A DNA stretch of 64,000 bases from a virus: the IMG/VR virus record IMGVR_UViG_3300025598_000021; one strand, written 5' to 3'. How positions within the stretch are numbered: the stretch's first letter is position 1; every line of letters starts with the position of its first letter. This document shows, one piece after another, positions 63,822 through 64,000 of the stretch. The notes under the pieces are model-generated. The model had not been told where the DNA came from, made no database searches, and worked only from the letters and a program-made list of their open reading frames with translations. The position numbers and the translations under genes were made by a program.

Positions 63822-64000
63822 ATGAACAATATTTTAGAATCTCTAGTAGAGGTAAAGATCGATGGAGAAGAGTCCTTCTTAAAGATCAAAGAGACCCTCA
63901 CTAGAATTGGCGTGGCTTCTCGGAAAGAGAATAAACTCTATCAATCTTGCCATATCTTCCATAAACAAGGACACTATTACATAGTACACTTTAAGGAAAT
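63822..64000 (+). CDS. regA: translational repressor RegA (3' truncated)
   Basis: FLKIKETLTRIGVASRK..KLYQSCHI.HKQG.YYIVHFKE. Confidence 0.95.
   Translation, partial: MNNILESLVEVKIDGEESFLKIKETLTRIGVASRKENKLYQSCHIFHKQGHYYIVHFKE

Noticed and set aside
1-64000. Stop-codon reassignment, tRNA genes or CRISPR arrays
   Set aside because: Core genes are intact under the standard code, with TAA, TAG and TGA all used as stops; intergenic gaps are short, and I saw no cloverleaf or repeat-spacer structure.

Overview
This window is a 64 kb, entirely plus-strand segment of a T4-like myovirus genome. Its gene order resembles that of environmental (cyanophage/alphaproteobacterial-type) T4 relatives; the host cannot be determined from this window. 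It contains: (1) about 31 kb of baseplate and tail-fibre genes, an unusually large array of small and large Asn/Thr/Ser-rich fibre-like proteins plus chaperones; (2) the conserved morphogenesis core gp13-14-15-16-17-18-19-20-(core)-21-22-23-3; (3) uvsY, a free-standing GIY-YIG endonuclease, uvsW, gp55, gp47 and gp46; (4) accessory genes (lysozyme, peptide deformylase, GNAT, DenV-like, 2OG oxygenase); (5) a hydroxymethylcytosine DNA-modification cluster (gp42, dCMP deaminase, UDG-like, BGT-like, atypical C5-methyltransferase, second glycosyltransferase); and (6) gp45-44-62-regA. The best candidate for an undescribed system is at 22.3-26.5 kb, inside the tail-fibre locus. There an S74-chaperone fibre is followed by three tandem paralogous mini-proteins, two of them missed by the ORF track. 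The third ends in a (Cys-X)8-Cys tail and is followed by an Ig-like accessory protein, a radical SAM/SPASM enzyme and a His-triad cupin oxygenase, which looks like RiPP-style maturation machinery aimed at a virion tail component. Also notable are dense N-X-S/T sequons in the fibres, a perfect sigma70 promoter firing antisense into the late operon, and consensus sigma70 promoters embedded within coding sequences. All assignments come from motif recognition by eye; no searches were run.
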